A DNA stretch of 64,000 nt from Octopus vulgaris. Its lineage: Eukaryota. Below the pieces are notes generated by a model. That model was not told the DNA's origin. It was given only the letters and a program-made list of their open reading frames with translations, and ran no database searches. Both the position numbers and the translations under genes were made by a program. Positions within the stretch are counted from its first letter, which is position 1, and the number at the start of each line of letters is the position of its first letter. Below, piece after piece: positions 27,919 through 42,356 of the stretch. The stretch spans positions 100,812,001 to 100,876,000 of the forward strand of contig OX597814.1 of assembly GCA_951406725.2 (NCBI GenBank), written 5' to 3'.

Positions 27919-28257
27919 AATGTTTGTTGCCACTTCAACATGGCTGTTCCGTATCAAGCTCTACATTACCACCATTTTCTTAACCCTAGGAGGAATCTCC
28001 AGTTGGTTAACGACACAACCTGTGTCCAATATATTGTGAGCATGGGAGCGAACCCCTACTATCTAGCAGTGACAAGACTAGAAGACATGTCTGGTTTCAG
28101 GGTATATTCTCCGTCAGTACTGGATACGTCTCTACTAGACATGGCAGTCGTTCGTCCTCGGTCGCAATATACAGAGAAATAAGCGATATTCAGCCGCTGA
28201 TTTTGCAACAAGCAAAGTAGCTAGTTCTAAAGTCTCTATAAGAGATGTAAGCTGTAA
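27919..28257. mobile_element. Fragments of the fold-back family seen at 46155-46638
   Basis: gccacttcaacatggctgttccgt matches about 46270; 28025-28125 is the reverse complement of spacer 46370-46470; 28160-28257 matches 46155-46245. Confidence 0.65.
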
Positions 28258-28683
28258 CAGCGCTGGATTAACCATTAAGATAAAATAAGCACGTGCATAG
28301 GACATCAAGGGAAGGAGGAGGCACCACAGAAAAGGCAAATGGTTTACGGCACAACAGAAATCACATTAAACTTGCAAAATAATCTACGAGATGCCTTTAT
28401 CTCTACTAAGTATAGATGCAGAGTTGTTACCTAAGATTAATTTTGAGGATCTGATCAAAGACTTTGCTATTCAAAACTGTAGGAGGAAACTTTTCAAATA
28501 TAAATAAAGTGGAATTATACAGAAGTAAACATTATTTTCCCACTTACAGGTTTGTTTCGGTTTGAAAAATAACATTTTATTTCATGGTTTGTTATTGTTT
28601 ATATTTTGAATTACATAATATTTTATGGCGGCACTAAAATCTTTTAAATGCTTAGGGCCTCGATGGGTTTTAGTCCGGCCCTG
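28258..28683 (+). mobile_element. Internally deleted hAT element retaining the transposase C-terminus
   Basis: Degenerate TIR cagcgctggatta / tagtccggccctg; about 28387-28500 translates to RDAXSLLSIDAELLPKINFEDLIKDFAIQNCRRKLF (one frameshift), resembling the end of the hAT dimerisation domain. Confidence 0.7.
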
Positions 28684-28991
28684 TGTAGTAACTATACTGA
28701 AAAGCACTCTCTATAGCGATCGATGAATGCATGCATTTCGGAGTAATTATGTCCTCTCCAGCTTCATTATTTTGTGTGTGCGTGTGTGTGTGTGTGTGCC
28801 TTTTTTTGTTTTGTTTTTTTGCACAATGTATTATATTTTGGGAACAGTAGTCTCGAAATTTACCTTTTCCTAGTTTCGTATATGTCTTTGTTGTCCCTGA
28901 ACTAACACAAATAAGTTTGGAGAATTTAAATCTTATTAAATTTTCGTATGTCTTCAAAGTTGATGGAAGACTTTCTCTAACGTACCTATTA

Positions 28992-29800
<809 letters not shown>

Positions 29801-30919
29801 TAGAAATGTTCTTTCTAAAATGTTTGAAATGATTTGTTCTATGGGGTTGGGAAGCATTTACTATACCTGTATCCGATCTTTGTTTTAATCGCTGGCATCC
29901 GTATTCACTTTCTTGAAGAAACATGTCCGTTATCTACTCCTCTCATATTCATAAAAGTACACATTTGGAAAAGAAATATAAGTTTTCCATTAGTTTTCCA
30001 CTTTCACTAAGAGAGGTATTTCTAAACTGTACAGATCTTGTTCTATACAGTTTGGTTTCAAAAGGAAATACTTTCCAGTTGTATTTTGTAACAATCATGA
30101 TACAGAAGTAGTTGGTTCATTTAAACACAACTGAGGGGCATTGGCTTACATGATCCGAATAGAGTGCAAAGTGTACAAAAGCCAGAAATAGTGGTAACGA
30201 TGGTGATATTTTAGATGTCCATTCATTAAATCGGAAGTGTTAACAGCTATTTTATTTGATGTGCTATCTCAACTAAAGTGCTTGTCTTACAAAAGACTGC
30301 TTAACAAATATTCTTTCCCATATACAATATTAGTCACGTCTTTTGAAGAATTCTTTAGTAGCCAAGCTATGGCATTTCCGTGCATTCATTGATATAATTT
30401 GATGATTCAAACGAAACATGCATTTTATTGATGTAGCAATCAATAATATTTGGCTGTAGTTTATTTTCTAATTTAAAGTTTATCATAGGTATAGCTGATA
30501 TAATAGTGCCGCTTTTTGATGTCTTACCTTCCGAGATCTTACTCTCTTTTATAATTTGATTTTCCCGGAGGAAATAATTGCAAGATCTGTTAATTAATCA
30601 AAGTTAAATCACGAATCTGGCAACAAAGCTGTTCTCTTTGATTGGCTGAAGATATATTCTGTTAATTTCTCTTCTGACTCTGATTTAATGAAATACTTTT
30701 GTAGTGCTTTTAATTGAAATCATTTTCTCAATGAATTTTTTCTCTGTTCTGAAAGAGTTTCTGCATACATTGGGAGATGGAATGAGCTGTATAACAGTTT
30801 CTGCATGATAGGTAACATGTTGTAACTGCTGAGTACACACGGCAATTACATTGTCAAATGTATCTGCATATCTCCCGATCAGTTTATCTATCTATCTATA
30901 TATCTATCTATCTATCTCT

Positions 30920-31328
30920 TTTTACTCTTTTTACTCTTTTACTTGTTTCAGTCATTTGACTGTGGCCATGCTGGAGCTCCGCCTTTTAGTCGATCAAATC
31001 GACCCCAGGACATATTCTTTGTAAGCTTAGTACTTATTCTATCGGTCTTTTTTGCCGAACCGCTAAGTTACGGGGTCGTAAACACACCAGCATCGGTTGT
31101 CAAGCGATGTTGGGAGGACAAACACAGACACACAAACACACACACATATAAATATATACATATATACGACGGGCTTCTTTCAGTTTCCGTCTACCAAATC
31201 CACTCACAAGGCTTTGGTCGGTCCGAGACTATAGTAGAAGACACTTGCCCAAGTTGCCACGCAGTGGGACTGAACCCGGAACCATGTGGTTCGTAAGCAA
31301 GCTACTTACCACACAACCACTCCTACGC

Positions 31329-31330
<2 letters not shown>
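30920..31330 (-). mobile_element. SINE family B, full length, inserted in (TATC)n
   Basis: Complete from head to tail; (TATC)n on both sides (about 30886-30917 and 31331-31403). Confidence 0.9.
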
Positions 31331-31404
<74 letters not shown>

Positions 31405-31823
31405 TTATTTTAAAAGACCAATGATTAAAGACGAAAATACCTTCAAGCTATAGTCATCATAACTTTTATTCAGAACATCATCCAGCGTGTCCTTACTCGT
31501 TAACACAACAAGGTGCGGTTTCAGGGAAATGTGACTGCGATTTCTAGCAAAACGGTCAATGTGTAGCGACTTTCTCCCATGTTCGACCGTATTTCTAAAC
31601 TCTGATTATGCAAGCCTATAGACAGAAATGTCCTTTTGTAAAGGTATGTGGGGACGCGTTATTTAATGTGTCCTTTTCATACTTTAGCAGGCAGAGAGTA
31701 AATTGAGGGATATATGAGTATTCTGCAATAAAGCTTAGCAAATTGACTGGGTAAGAATTTTAATTTTGTCATATAGTTGTGGAAGGTAAATACGTGAAAA
31801 ATATATATATTCATATGTGGCAT

Positions 31824-32422
31824 AGGCGCATCTGTGTGTTTAGACATTCGCTTCTCAACCTCGCAGCCAGTGTTTTCTACTACAGCGCCGGACCGTCAAT
31901 GCTCTACGAGTGAATTTTGTAAAAACAGGAACTGTGTGTGGGTTTGTGCTTGTGTGTTCGCGTGTGGTGTGTGTGTGTGTGTGTGTGCGTGAGTTTGTAT
32001 GTGTGTATGTGTACGTTTGTTTGTGTGTGTGCGTATTTTTTCTCTGTGTGTGAGTTTGTGTGTGAGTTGGTGTATGTGAGTTTGTGCTTGTGTGTGTGGG
32101 TATTCGTGTGTATCTGTGTGTATATGGGTTTGTGTGTGGGTGTGTTAGTGTGTGAAACGTTGTAGAGTGGGTGCTTGCGTATATGCGTGTGTATATGTTT
32201 ATATGTGCGTTGTCGTTGTGTTTATCATCTACCGCTACACACCATTGCCAGTTGGCAGAAGGTGGTGGTTGATTTACGTCCCCATAATCACGTGGTTTGA
32301 CAAAAGACAACAATAAAATAAATATGAGACAGTGAACAAAATAAACTACTGGTGTCGATTTACTCAACGACAACCTTCAAAGCAGTGCTCCAGCATGACC
32401 ACATTCCACTGACTGTAAAAGA
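31824..32422 (+). mobile_element. Degenerate SINE family B with expanded (TG)-rich interior
   Basis: aggcgcatctgtgtg...tgttttctactacagc...tttacgtccccataa...gtgctccagcatgaccaca. Confidence 0.6.
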
Positions 32423-32504
32423 ATACACACCGACACGCGCAAACATACACACACATATACAACAACATCAACAACACACATACCCACACCATACTGTTTA
32501 CTGT

Positions 32505-32701
32505 TTTACTGTTTTACTTGTTTCAGTCATGTGACTGTGGCCATGCTGGAGCACCGCCTTTAGTCAAGCAAATCAACTTATTCTTTGTAAGCCTAGTACT
32601 TATTCTATCGGTCTCTTTTGCAGAACCGCTAAGTTACGGGGACGTAAACACATCAGCATCGGTTGTCAAGCGATGTTGGGAAGACAAACACAGAAACACA
32701 A

Positions 32702-32776
<75 letters not shown>

Positions 32777-32951
32777 TATACATATATACGACGGGCTTCT
32801 TTCAGTTTCCGTCTACCAAATCCACTCACAAGGCTTTGGTCGGCCCGAGGCTATAGTAGAAGACACTTGCCAAAGGTGCCACGCAGTGGGACTGAACCTG
32901 GGACCATGTGGTTCGTAAACAAGCTACTTGACACACAGCCACTCCTACGCC
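32505..32951 (-). mobile_element. SINE family B, full length
   Basis: High similarity to 30920-31330 and 44552-44932. Confidence 0.9.
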
Positions 32952-33774
32952 ATACATTATGCATTACAAAGAAACCTCTAAAATAAAAAAAGTTAAATCC
33001 GTATCTGTTACCCCTGGACACTTGTATTTTAAGTACTTACCTATGCACTATAAAATAACCGGTCATACTCTAATATTTCGGCCACCAATACCTATATAAA
33101 TATTTATGTACAAACTAATAAACATTGATAAAAAGCAAAACAAATATTAATGTTTCCTGTTATTCCTGGCCATCCTGTTTTCGTGTTTAATTTTCGCTTG
33201 AACGCCTACGTTCACGCAGGAAGATTATTGTTGTCAACAGAGAGGTGGAGATTGAGCGAAAGGCTTGAACTAACTAAAACAATTTTTGGTCAACCGTGAA
33301 GGAACTTTCCATATATATACCGCACTTCCTAAACATGGTTCTTTGCTAATTGTTCTTTGATTGCCGTTTTCGGTCAATAAAGAAATTTGAAACCGCAGAT
33401 GAATGATAGACACAGCAAACGGTGGTTGGGAGAGGGTGAGTACGTGTATGGTTAGGCTTGGATATATGTGTGTACGTGTGTGTGCGCGCGTACGCGTGGA
33501 TGTATGTGCGCGTGCGCATATTTTTTTATATATGTTTTTGCTTGCCTTAATTCTGAAATAGAATCCTCTGCAATATTTGAATATATTCTATAAAGGTCAA
33601 TCTATTCAAATCAAGATCAGTAATTAAAAATTCAGTTTGTGACGTTAATTGAATGGAGGTTAAACTGAACTTCACGATAATCTTATTGCTGTTAAAGTTT
33701 ACTGGATGCACTAATTAATATTTTTTGCGCTCCACACAGTATCTACAACGGAACTTCTCACTTTCATCGGCAGA

Positions 33775-34085
33775 TCGAGAAATTAATTTTTTGTAAGTAA
33801 ACACTTTCAAACTTCGGACACTGGTAGAATGTATCATATAAAACATCTTTTACTTTTAGCGTTGTTGAGAAAAGTTTCTATTTACGAAGTTATTTCGTGT
33901 TAAATTTTTCATATTTCGGTAATTTCAACCAATCAATGACGTGTATTCAGCTGAATAAAATTACTACTGTTGCTTGTCAACAACAATCGGCGGTGTGTAT
34001 TTCGTTTGTTACTGTTATTTATGACATCATTCGTGTGTTTGTACTGGTTTTAGCGTTAGGGTTTTAGGGTTAGGGTTACGGAAAA
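33775..34085 (+). mobile_element. Fragment related to the subterminal region of the Merlin-like element
   Basis: tcaaacttcggacactggtagaatgt and ttcaaccaatca resemble 24495-24615 and the reverse complement of 25590-25620. Confidence 0.45.
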
Positions 34086-34665
34086 AGTGAAAAATGAAGA
34101 AATTGGAGGGGGAGGAGTAAGGGGGCAAAAATATTTCAAAATTCCGATTTTTGGCAATTTTCCGGAATCTCTGTATCCGAAAGGCTGGGGGGGGGGGGCA
34201 AAAAAAAAATTAAAAAAAACAATAATTTTTGAGAAAATGGGGAGCGGTGTGCGGGAGGAAGTCTTTCCGAAAATAAATGCGAAATACACATTTTTGGATC
34301 CATACATTTGCATCCATATGAGAGTTGTAATTTATTTTATCCACTCAGGAAGGATAAATGGGAAAATGGACCGTGGTGAGATTTCAACTTCGAATGCAAA
34401 GAACTGAGAAAAATAACGCAAAGTGCTTTTCTGACATTCTGCCACTTCAGCACCCTTAAAACCTTGTAAGTTATGTGCACGGTAGCAATTTTATAGGAAG
34501 GTTCAGTTAGATAATTTGAATCAGTACAAACTAATGCTTAATTTGTTTTCCATTTCGACAAGGTGAATGCAAAACTAACTCACTGGAATTCAGGACACAA
34601 ATAGTTGGATGGAATACATTTTGTCCGACGGCCAGTCAGTTTAATAATAATAATTTTTTTCTATT

Positions 34666-35228
34666 AAGGCGGCGAGCTGGCAGAAACGTTAGCACGCCGG
34701 GCCAAATGCGTAGCTGTATTTCGTCTGCCGTTACGTTCTGAGTTCAAATTCTGTCGAGGTCGACTTTGCCTTTCATCCTTTCCATCATTTCGGAGTCGAT
34801 TAAATAAGTACCCGTTACGCAGTGGGGTCGATGCAATCGAATTAATCCGTTTGTCTGTCCTTGTTTGTTCCCTATGTGTTTAGCCCCTTGTGGGTAATAA
34901 AGAAATAGGTATTTCGTCTGTCTTTACATTCTGAGTTCAAATTCCCCTGAGGTCGACTTTGCCTTTCATCATTTTGGGGTCGATAAATTAAATACCAGTT
35001 ACGCACTGGAGACGATGTCATCGACTTAAACCCTTTGTCCTTATTTGTCTCCTCTATGTTTAGCCCCTTGTGGGCAATAGAGAAATAAGAAACGTTAGCA
35101 CGCCGGGCGAAATGCGTAGCCGTATTTTGTCTGCCGTTACGTTCTGAGTTCAAATGCCGCCGAGGTCGATTTTACCTTTCATCCTTTCGGGGTCGATAAA
35201 TTATGTACCAGTTACGCACTGGAGTCGA
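34666..35228 (+). mobile_element. SINE family A head-to-tail array of about three units
   Basis: Core ttctgagttcaaa...gaggtcgactttgcctttcatc at about 34737, 34930 and 35142; tail tttagccccttgtggg(t/c)aata occurs twice. Confidence 0.9.
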
Positions 35229-35370
35229 CCTATTTCTTTACTACCCACAAAGGGCTAAACACAAAGAGGACAAACAAGGACAGACAAACGGATTAAGTCG
35301 ATTATAATTAAGACGAAATACGGCTACGCATTTCGCCCGGCGTGCTAGCGATTCGGCCAGCTCGTCGCCT
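35229..35370 (-). mobile_element. SINE family A, inverted and internally deleted
   Basis: Tail reverse complement ctatttctttactacccacaaagggctaaac is joined directly to head reverse complement gacgaaatacggctacgcatttcgcccggcgtgctagc. Confidence 0.85.
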
Positions 35371-35916
35371 GAACTCTAGTATTAATAATAATTTCTGATT
35401 CAAGCAAAATGCCAAAAGATTTCGTGGGAGAGGATTAGTCGAAGCCATTGTGCACAATAGATCGCTAGATCTTTATTTTATCGGCAACGGAGAAATGAAG
35501 AGCTAAGTTGATTTTGTCCAGTTTTGAACGGAAGACATGACGCAAAAGAAAATTTTCCTCCGCTCTCACGAACCTAAGGCTAGTGCTGTAAGTAAAATAT
35601 GAAGCTTTCCTTCTTACTAGGCGTGAAGTCTTAAGTAAATTAATGATTACAACTGGTTGAGAAATTGCTTCCGTTTGCGAGTATATTTTGAGACTATACT
35701 AAAATGGAATCCAGCTTCAAACCATTAAAGTGACAGATGCTTTTTGGTGCGTGAAGAACTTGTCCCTTGAGCGAGTAAAAAGACGAAAGGAAATCAGTTC
35801 ATGGGTACTTTTCTCTACTGGTTCGAACCGTGGTTCAACGACGGAAACACGCGTAAATACACCCATGTACATCGCTTTTTTTCTTTATTTCTCTCTCTCT
35901 CTACACACACACACAC

Positions 35917-35960
<44 letters not shown>

Positions 35961-36168
35961 ATATATATGTATATATACACTCACGCATGAAACAAATGTA
36001 GTACATATTTAATAAATTTAACAAGTTGGTCGTATGTAAGAGGTCAGGAAAAGTAAAAAAGCAAAAACAAAACAACAGTCAAGCGTTGATATCCATTGCA
36101 TAGAAATTTATACACTAATTTCTACAAGTTTGTCAGCCAGTTTCCGTATTTCAAAACACACTTGTTAC

Positions 36169-36208
<40 letters not shown>

Positions 36209-36361
36209 TATTTATTTATTTATTTATTTATTTCTCCCTCTCTTTCTATTTTCCGCTCCCTGTCACATACCTTGTTGCCTCACACAATCACACACATATA
36301 TGCATATATGTATGTATGTTTGTAGTATGCGTGTATGGACGTATGCATGCATGCATGTATG

Positions 36362-36394
<33 letters not shown>

Positions 36395-36683
36395 ACTTAT
36401 ACGTATATTAGTACAAATACGCAAATATGTATACATTTATATACATATGTACATACACCCAGTCGAGTTACAGACGTGTCCAAAAAAGAGAAAACGAGGG
36501 AAATTTGTGTATGTACACATGTATGTATACATGTGTTATACTATCCAAGAATATTCACCAATACGGTTTTTATTATTTTCATATGTATCCAAGACACCAG
36601 GAAGAAGAGAAACCAACCACCTCTCACAATCACTGTCTGTCTCCTGTCTCTGCCACACACACACACGCGCGCGCGCGCGCGCA

Positions 36684-36715
<32 letters not shown>

Positions 36716-37033
36716 TGCACGCACATACACACATACATACACACGCAGACACGAATAAAGCCAAAAACAATTAATACAAATCCGTGGTTGTGTTCCTGTT
36801 AATGCTGTTAATAGTAATCTTTGGTGCTCGTGTTGTTGTTGTTGTGGTTGATATTCATGTTGTTGTTATTGTTGTAGACGATGTGGGGGTAGGGAGCTGT
36901 TATTTGATTTATTACAGTCAACATATAAAATTGGGTGGGTGAATGTAATACATACGTGCGATGAAAGAGAAAGTAAGATAATACTGCTATACATGTGGGT
37001 TGTCAACATCCGTATCAACACACACACACAAAA

Positions 37034-37089
<56 letters not shown>

Positions 37090-37525
37090 ATAGAAATCAT
37101 GAATATATGTCACATCCACTCACACGGAAACACAAGCATAATTATGTATACCAGAGTTTATACACGGAAATACGCGTGGTTCCATTTTATACACAAAAAA
37201 TGTACATATTCCGCAAGCTGAACCATAAACGTGTGCGTATGTATTATGTGTGTGTGTGTGTGCGTGTTATGAATACATACACATATTGCCATATACATAA
37301 ATAACATGTATACATATACACACGTATTAATATAATTATATATACAATCACACATATATATATACATACATATATATATATATATATATATGTGTATGTA
37401 CGTATGTATGCATATGTGCATGTATGTATGAATGTATATTATACATAACATATATAAGTATATGCTATATATATATATATAGCATATATATAAATGTATG
37501 CATATACATGTATGTCCCCCTCCCC

Positions 37526-37601
<76 letters not shown>

Positions 37602-37937
37602 CATTACTAGCATATTTGATTGCATGTCAACTGGAATATTTAGAAGTTTGAACAAACATACATATAAGTATGAATAATTGTATGTAAATGTAGTAATAAT
37701 TTCAGAATTTGGCAAAACACCAATCATTTGAAGGAAAGAAAGGTTAGTCAGTTCTCTCTATACCAGTAAATCATTGGTACTTTTATGAACCTAAGAAAGA
37801 TGAAATCTTAAGTCCGATTTGAACTCCGAATTTAAACTGTCAGAAGAGATGCCGATCTGCAATTTTTTTTTTTTCTTGTCGCGCTAAGGATTCAGCACGC
37901 ATGCTTCTTTGATGATAATATGGAATAAATGACGGCG

Positions 37938-38172
37938 AAGGCGGCGAGCTGGCAGAAACGTTAGCACGCCGGGCGAAATGCCTAGCAGTATTTCGTCTGC
38001 CTTTACGTTCCGAGTTCAAATTCCGCCGAGGTCGACTTTGCCTTTCATCCTTTCGGGGTCGATTAAATAAGTACCATTTAATCACTGGGGTCGATGTAAT
38101 CGACTTAATCCCTTTGTCTGTCCATGTTTGTTCCCTCTATGTTTAGCTCCCTGTGGGTAATAAAGAAATAAA
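37938..38172 (+). mobile_element. SINE family A, full length
   Basis: aaggcggcgagctggcagaaacgttagcacgccgggcgaaatg...ctgtgggtaataaagaaataaat. Confidence 0.9.
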
Positions 38173-39552
38173 TACGGAATGAATGACAACGTATTTTCAG
38201 AAAATTATCAATGTTTGAAACAGATATTTTATAAAAGGTGACAAACGGTTTTGCATTAAGATTAACGTCGATTGGGATTTATTACAAAATCTCTTCGTGA
38301 AAGAGATTTTATAGTGCTGACGGCGGGGTTCACAGAGAGTGAACAAAACGAAATTGCACTTTTGTTGCTCTTCCATGTTATTGATTCTGAGTGAAATCCC
38401 AACCGTATTTATGAAAAGATACAAAGTAGACACCAACCTGAATTTAAAGAGCGGACATTTTAAAATATATTTGTTTACTTTCTTTAAGCCTGGTATTAAC
38501 GAGCTGATGAACATAGGAACATGTGTATTCAAGTTTTTTTGTGAAATTTAAAGGTGAAATATGGTTCACATCAATTTATAATTCCAATTCTGTCATCAAG
38601 TTCTAATTTGGTGATCATGTCTTTTGAGGAAGCTTCGCTGTTGAGACATAAAGCATAACCGGTTTCTTGTCACTTGTAGATTTCAAAGTATGCATTGATA
38701 AGCTTTCTTGTCAATACCGGAAAGGCTCTAGGTTTTATCAGAGTGAACGAAAGAATTATTGATGTTTTCAGTTATATTCATTTTGGTCTAATCTTCCAGT
38801 TACAATTTGATAATTTTGTTATTACACTTCATATTTATGATGATACAAAACTTATCTTCAATAGATTATAAAAGAAAGTTAAGTCGAGGATTTCATGTGT
38901 TTATATACCATATATATTATTATATATGTTAATATATTATTTTAATGTTTACGGAGTGAAAATACTTCTCGCATATATATGTATCTGTTTGTGTATGCGT
39001 GGGCACTGCGTGCATATGTGTGTTTGCGCGCGCATGTGTGCATATATATGTATGTCCATGTCTACAAAGGGGGAGTGAAATCAAACTAATGACTTCCAAA
39101 GATAGTTTTCTTTAGAGTTGTTGCAGAAACCATATCGATATGTGGGCATGAATACTGAACATTTGCAAACATAATAGCAGACCAAATGGAACACATGTTC
39201 CACTAAGGGCTGTCAACAAGGTCTTTTGAAAACAAAATTCACCATACAGTGTATTATATGTCAATATACTAGAATTAACTGAAGACATCAAACAACGAAG
39301 ACTCAAGTTTTTTGCTCAAAGATAAAGTTTTACGTCAGCCAGTACATAACAGAAAAAGAAGCAAAGCTCGCCGAACATATGGACGGCATTTGCTGGAAGA
39401 CATAAACCTTGTAAAAAAACACTTCACTTCAGAGATAACAGAGGTCTGGGAAACGCCGCCAATGGGACGTCTATGCACTCGATATCACACACACACAAGC
39501 ACACACAAGCACATGCACACACATACACAAACACACATACATACATTCTTCC

Positions 39553-39720
39553 ACTTTCACTTGTTTCAGTCATCTAGCTGCGGCCATGCTGGGGCATCGC
39601 CTCGAAGGCGTCTAGTCGGACAAATACACCCCAGGAATTTTTTTTAACCAAGTACTTATTCTATAGGTCTCTTCTGTTGAACCGCCAAGTTACGGGGACG
39701 TAAACACACCAACACCGATG
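39553..39720 (-). mobile_element. SINE family B, 3' half
   Basis: cttgtttcagtc...gcggccatgctggggc...gaaccgccaagttacggggacgtaaacacacc. Confidence 0.75.
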
Positions 39721-40583
39721 AACAACACCAAGCCGAGCAAATTGAAAGTCTTTCATAGATTTAGTATTTTCTATGGAATCTAATGTCAATTTGTTGGTTA
39801 TTTTAATTTCTCTAATCCACATCTGATTGATGGGAAATGTCTTGTCTGAATCCTGCTACAGTTACAATAACTTTTGAACGCTCTCTCAGTCGGTTTTCAG
39901 ATTTCGCTTAGACAAAACGGCTCCAAGATGGCTCCTGATGGCTTCCATCCAGATAAGCCATCACTGAACGATGGCTTAAGTGGCCGAAACTTCGAAGTAA
40001 CTTTCAATATTCTTACAAAAGTACAGAGTAACCCTTTATTTTAATATAATTTTTTTTAATAATAATTAAACATAAAACAAACAATATGTTTGGCATTTCA
40101 CATTGATGACAGCTAAAGCGCTAGAAACACGTCAGGCAATCCGACAAGAATCGGATCCATGTGGTTTTCGCCACGGTTGAAAAAAAATCTTTTTAATGTA
40201 TCATATAGATGTAATTTTTGACGCTGAATCCGAATTTGTTATTCATTTATTCCAGGAAAAGTTTACAAAAATGTCGCAGGTGTTCAAAGTTTGATAGTTT
40301 TCAGAAATTTCAGCCAATCAGAAATCAGCGCGTTCACTGTTTCTTCCATCATCAGCGTTGGGGGACATCGGTATGTCAAAACATTGCTAGAAATAAGAGT
40401 CAAAGTATTAGAATATACATAAATGAAGTTAACATTAAAACATTCGCGAGCAAATTAAATATTTAAAAGCTACGAACAAAGAAACCAAAAGGAGTTGCTA
40501 GAAATAACAGTTTCGATCAGACATTTATTAGTTAAAAAATTCAAACATGAAAGTTTTCAATACACTCTAGGATCTTATAAAAT

Positions 40584-40691
40584 ATACTAGCTGACCCCGT
40601 GCCTTCAAAAATGACAGCTATTTGTAGTATTTTTGTAGTATAGGATGGCAAATCAAATTAATACATTTGTCAATGATATCTAGTGGTTGTC

Positions 40692-40752
<61 letters not shown>

Positions 40753-40914
40753 TCATATACCTCCCTTTTACATTTACACACATATACACACACACAGTTG
40801 AAAAATTCCCACTACCAGTTAGTCATCACCCGTTCCTTCCTTTTTCATTAATCATCCTTTCCTTTCTCATTCATGCATTGTGACGGAGAAAAACACAAGA
40901 GTATTATTATAGTA
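40584..40914 (+). mobile_element. Possible Helentron/HINE-like non-autonomous element with internal (CA)n
   Basis: Starts atactagctgacccc, ends attattatagta, and contains a microsatellite. Assignment rests only on remembered terminal motifs. Confidence 0.3.
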
Positions 40915-41680
40915 TTAGGTTGTTCCAAAAATAATGACCGCTCGAAGTGTTGTGTTTTGGAAGGCAATTTTATCAGATTATTTTAATTACATTTTAGGTG
41001 AATATCGACATACTTAATAATTGATGCATGCTCTTTAACACATTTCTCCTTATTTCAGACAGATTACATTCTTGAAGCATATGCGCCCTCAATTATGAAC
41101 ATGACAAAATAGACCTTCGCTTACTTTTCTCGCATGAGTTCAAGCTTCGGCACAATTCCTCCCAAACTGCTGCCAATATAAACAGAGCATGGGAGAGGGG
41201 TTCACAAGTGATCGCACAGTACGAAGGTGGTTTCAGAAATTCCGTAGTGATGATGAGAGCCTTGAAGATGAAGAAAGCAGAGGACAGTCATGCAATCTTG
41301 TCAATTAACAATTGAAAGCAATTACTGAACAAAACCCACGTCAAAATGTCAGAGAATTGTCTCAGGCATTCGGTGTTGGTATTGCAACGGTCTCACAGAA
41401 TCTACAGAAGATTGGTAGGTGAAAAAATTCGATAAATGGGTACTGCATAAGCCCAATGAAAATGTTCAGTGCTTTGAAGTGTGCTCGATGCTCTTTCTGC
41501 GAAATACCAATGATCCATTTCTTGACCGAATAATCACTTGTGACAAAAAATGGATCCTTTATGATATCTGTAAACGATCGGGTCGATGGCTTGATCATGA
41601 TGACTCCCACAAACATTTCCCAAAGCCAAAGTTGATCAGCAAAATATTATGGTGATTGTCTGGTGGCCTACAATGGTGTT
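40914..41680 (+). pseudogene. Decayed mariner transposon (cecropia/Hsmar1-like): 5' TIR plus N-terminal part of the transposase, truncated at the 3' end
   Basis: TIR-like ttaggttgttccaaaaataatgaccg; peptides DLRLLFSHEFKLRHNSSQTAANINRAW, RTVRRWFQKFRSDDESLEDEE, KKFDKWVLH...PFLDRIITCDKKWILYD...KHFPKPKL, MVIVWW. Confidence 0.9.
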
Positions 41681-42206
41681 AAAATTTCCATTTTAATAAA
41701 TTTTCATTTCCCTTTGATATGATTAAGTATTGTAAGTTTTTGGATAATTTACGGTTTTTAAAAGTTGGCATTTTTTTATTGCCGGCGAAGGGCTGCGGCT
41801 GCGCAGCAGATTTTGAAAAAATTAGAATGTATAAACAAGAGGCACAAAGATTGATTGCCTCGTGTCTGTATATTTAACTAAAGATGTTCCTGCTGAGGAC
41901 GATTTCAACTAGCGAGTATATATTATTTTACTTGGTAAACTAAAATCAGAAACCAGTTGGTCCAGAAAACTAGATGGTAAAATGTTTATATTTTTTCATT
42001 TCGTTCCTGTTGAATGTTATCCCTTTTGTGGTTATGGAACCTAGCTGTTCTTCATAGCGTATTGAATCCCACAAGTGGATTTCTCATATGTTTAAATGTA
42101 TACTGTATTTTGTGACTAATACATAGTCTTTGGACTATATTTTTACACGTTACACCACTGGAAATGAAAAGTTTGATTAATTTCCATTTCCCTTTGATAT
42201 GATTAA

Positions 42207-42210
<4 letters not shown>
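41681..42210 (+). mobile_element. Hammerhead-containing PLE-like insert with partial terminal direct repeat, ending in (TA)n
   Basis: catttccctttgatatgattaagtat at about 41705-41730 and 42185-42210; truncates the mariner. Confidence 0.55.
41886..41970 (+). ncRNA. Type I hammerhead-like motif
   Basis: gttcctg CTGAGGA c gattt...aaatc a GAAAC cagttg GTC cagaaaac; stem III acc/ggt; stems I and II are imperfect. Confidence 0.55.
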
Positions 42211-42267
<57 letters not shown>

Positions 42268-42290
42268 TAGATAGATATATATATATATAT

Positions 42291-42356
<66 letters not shown>

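Noticed and set aside
30943-32856. Similar ORFs MFQS.DCGHAGAPP... at 30943 and 32518
   Set aside because: They are antisense readings of SINE family B copies, not a gene family.
34056-34082. TTAGGG-like units
   Set aside because: Only about three imperfect units inside a transposon-like fragment; not a telomere array.
38197-38551. 111 aa and 70 aa non-repetitive ORFs
   Set aside because: No recognisable domain or splice context; lengths are compatible with chance.
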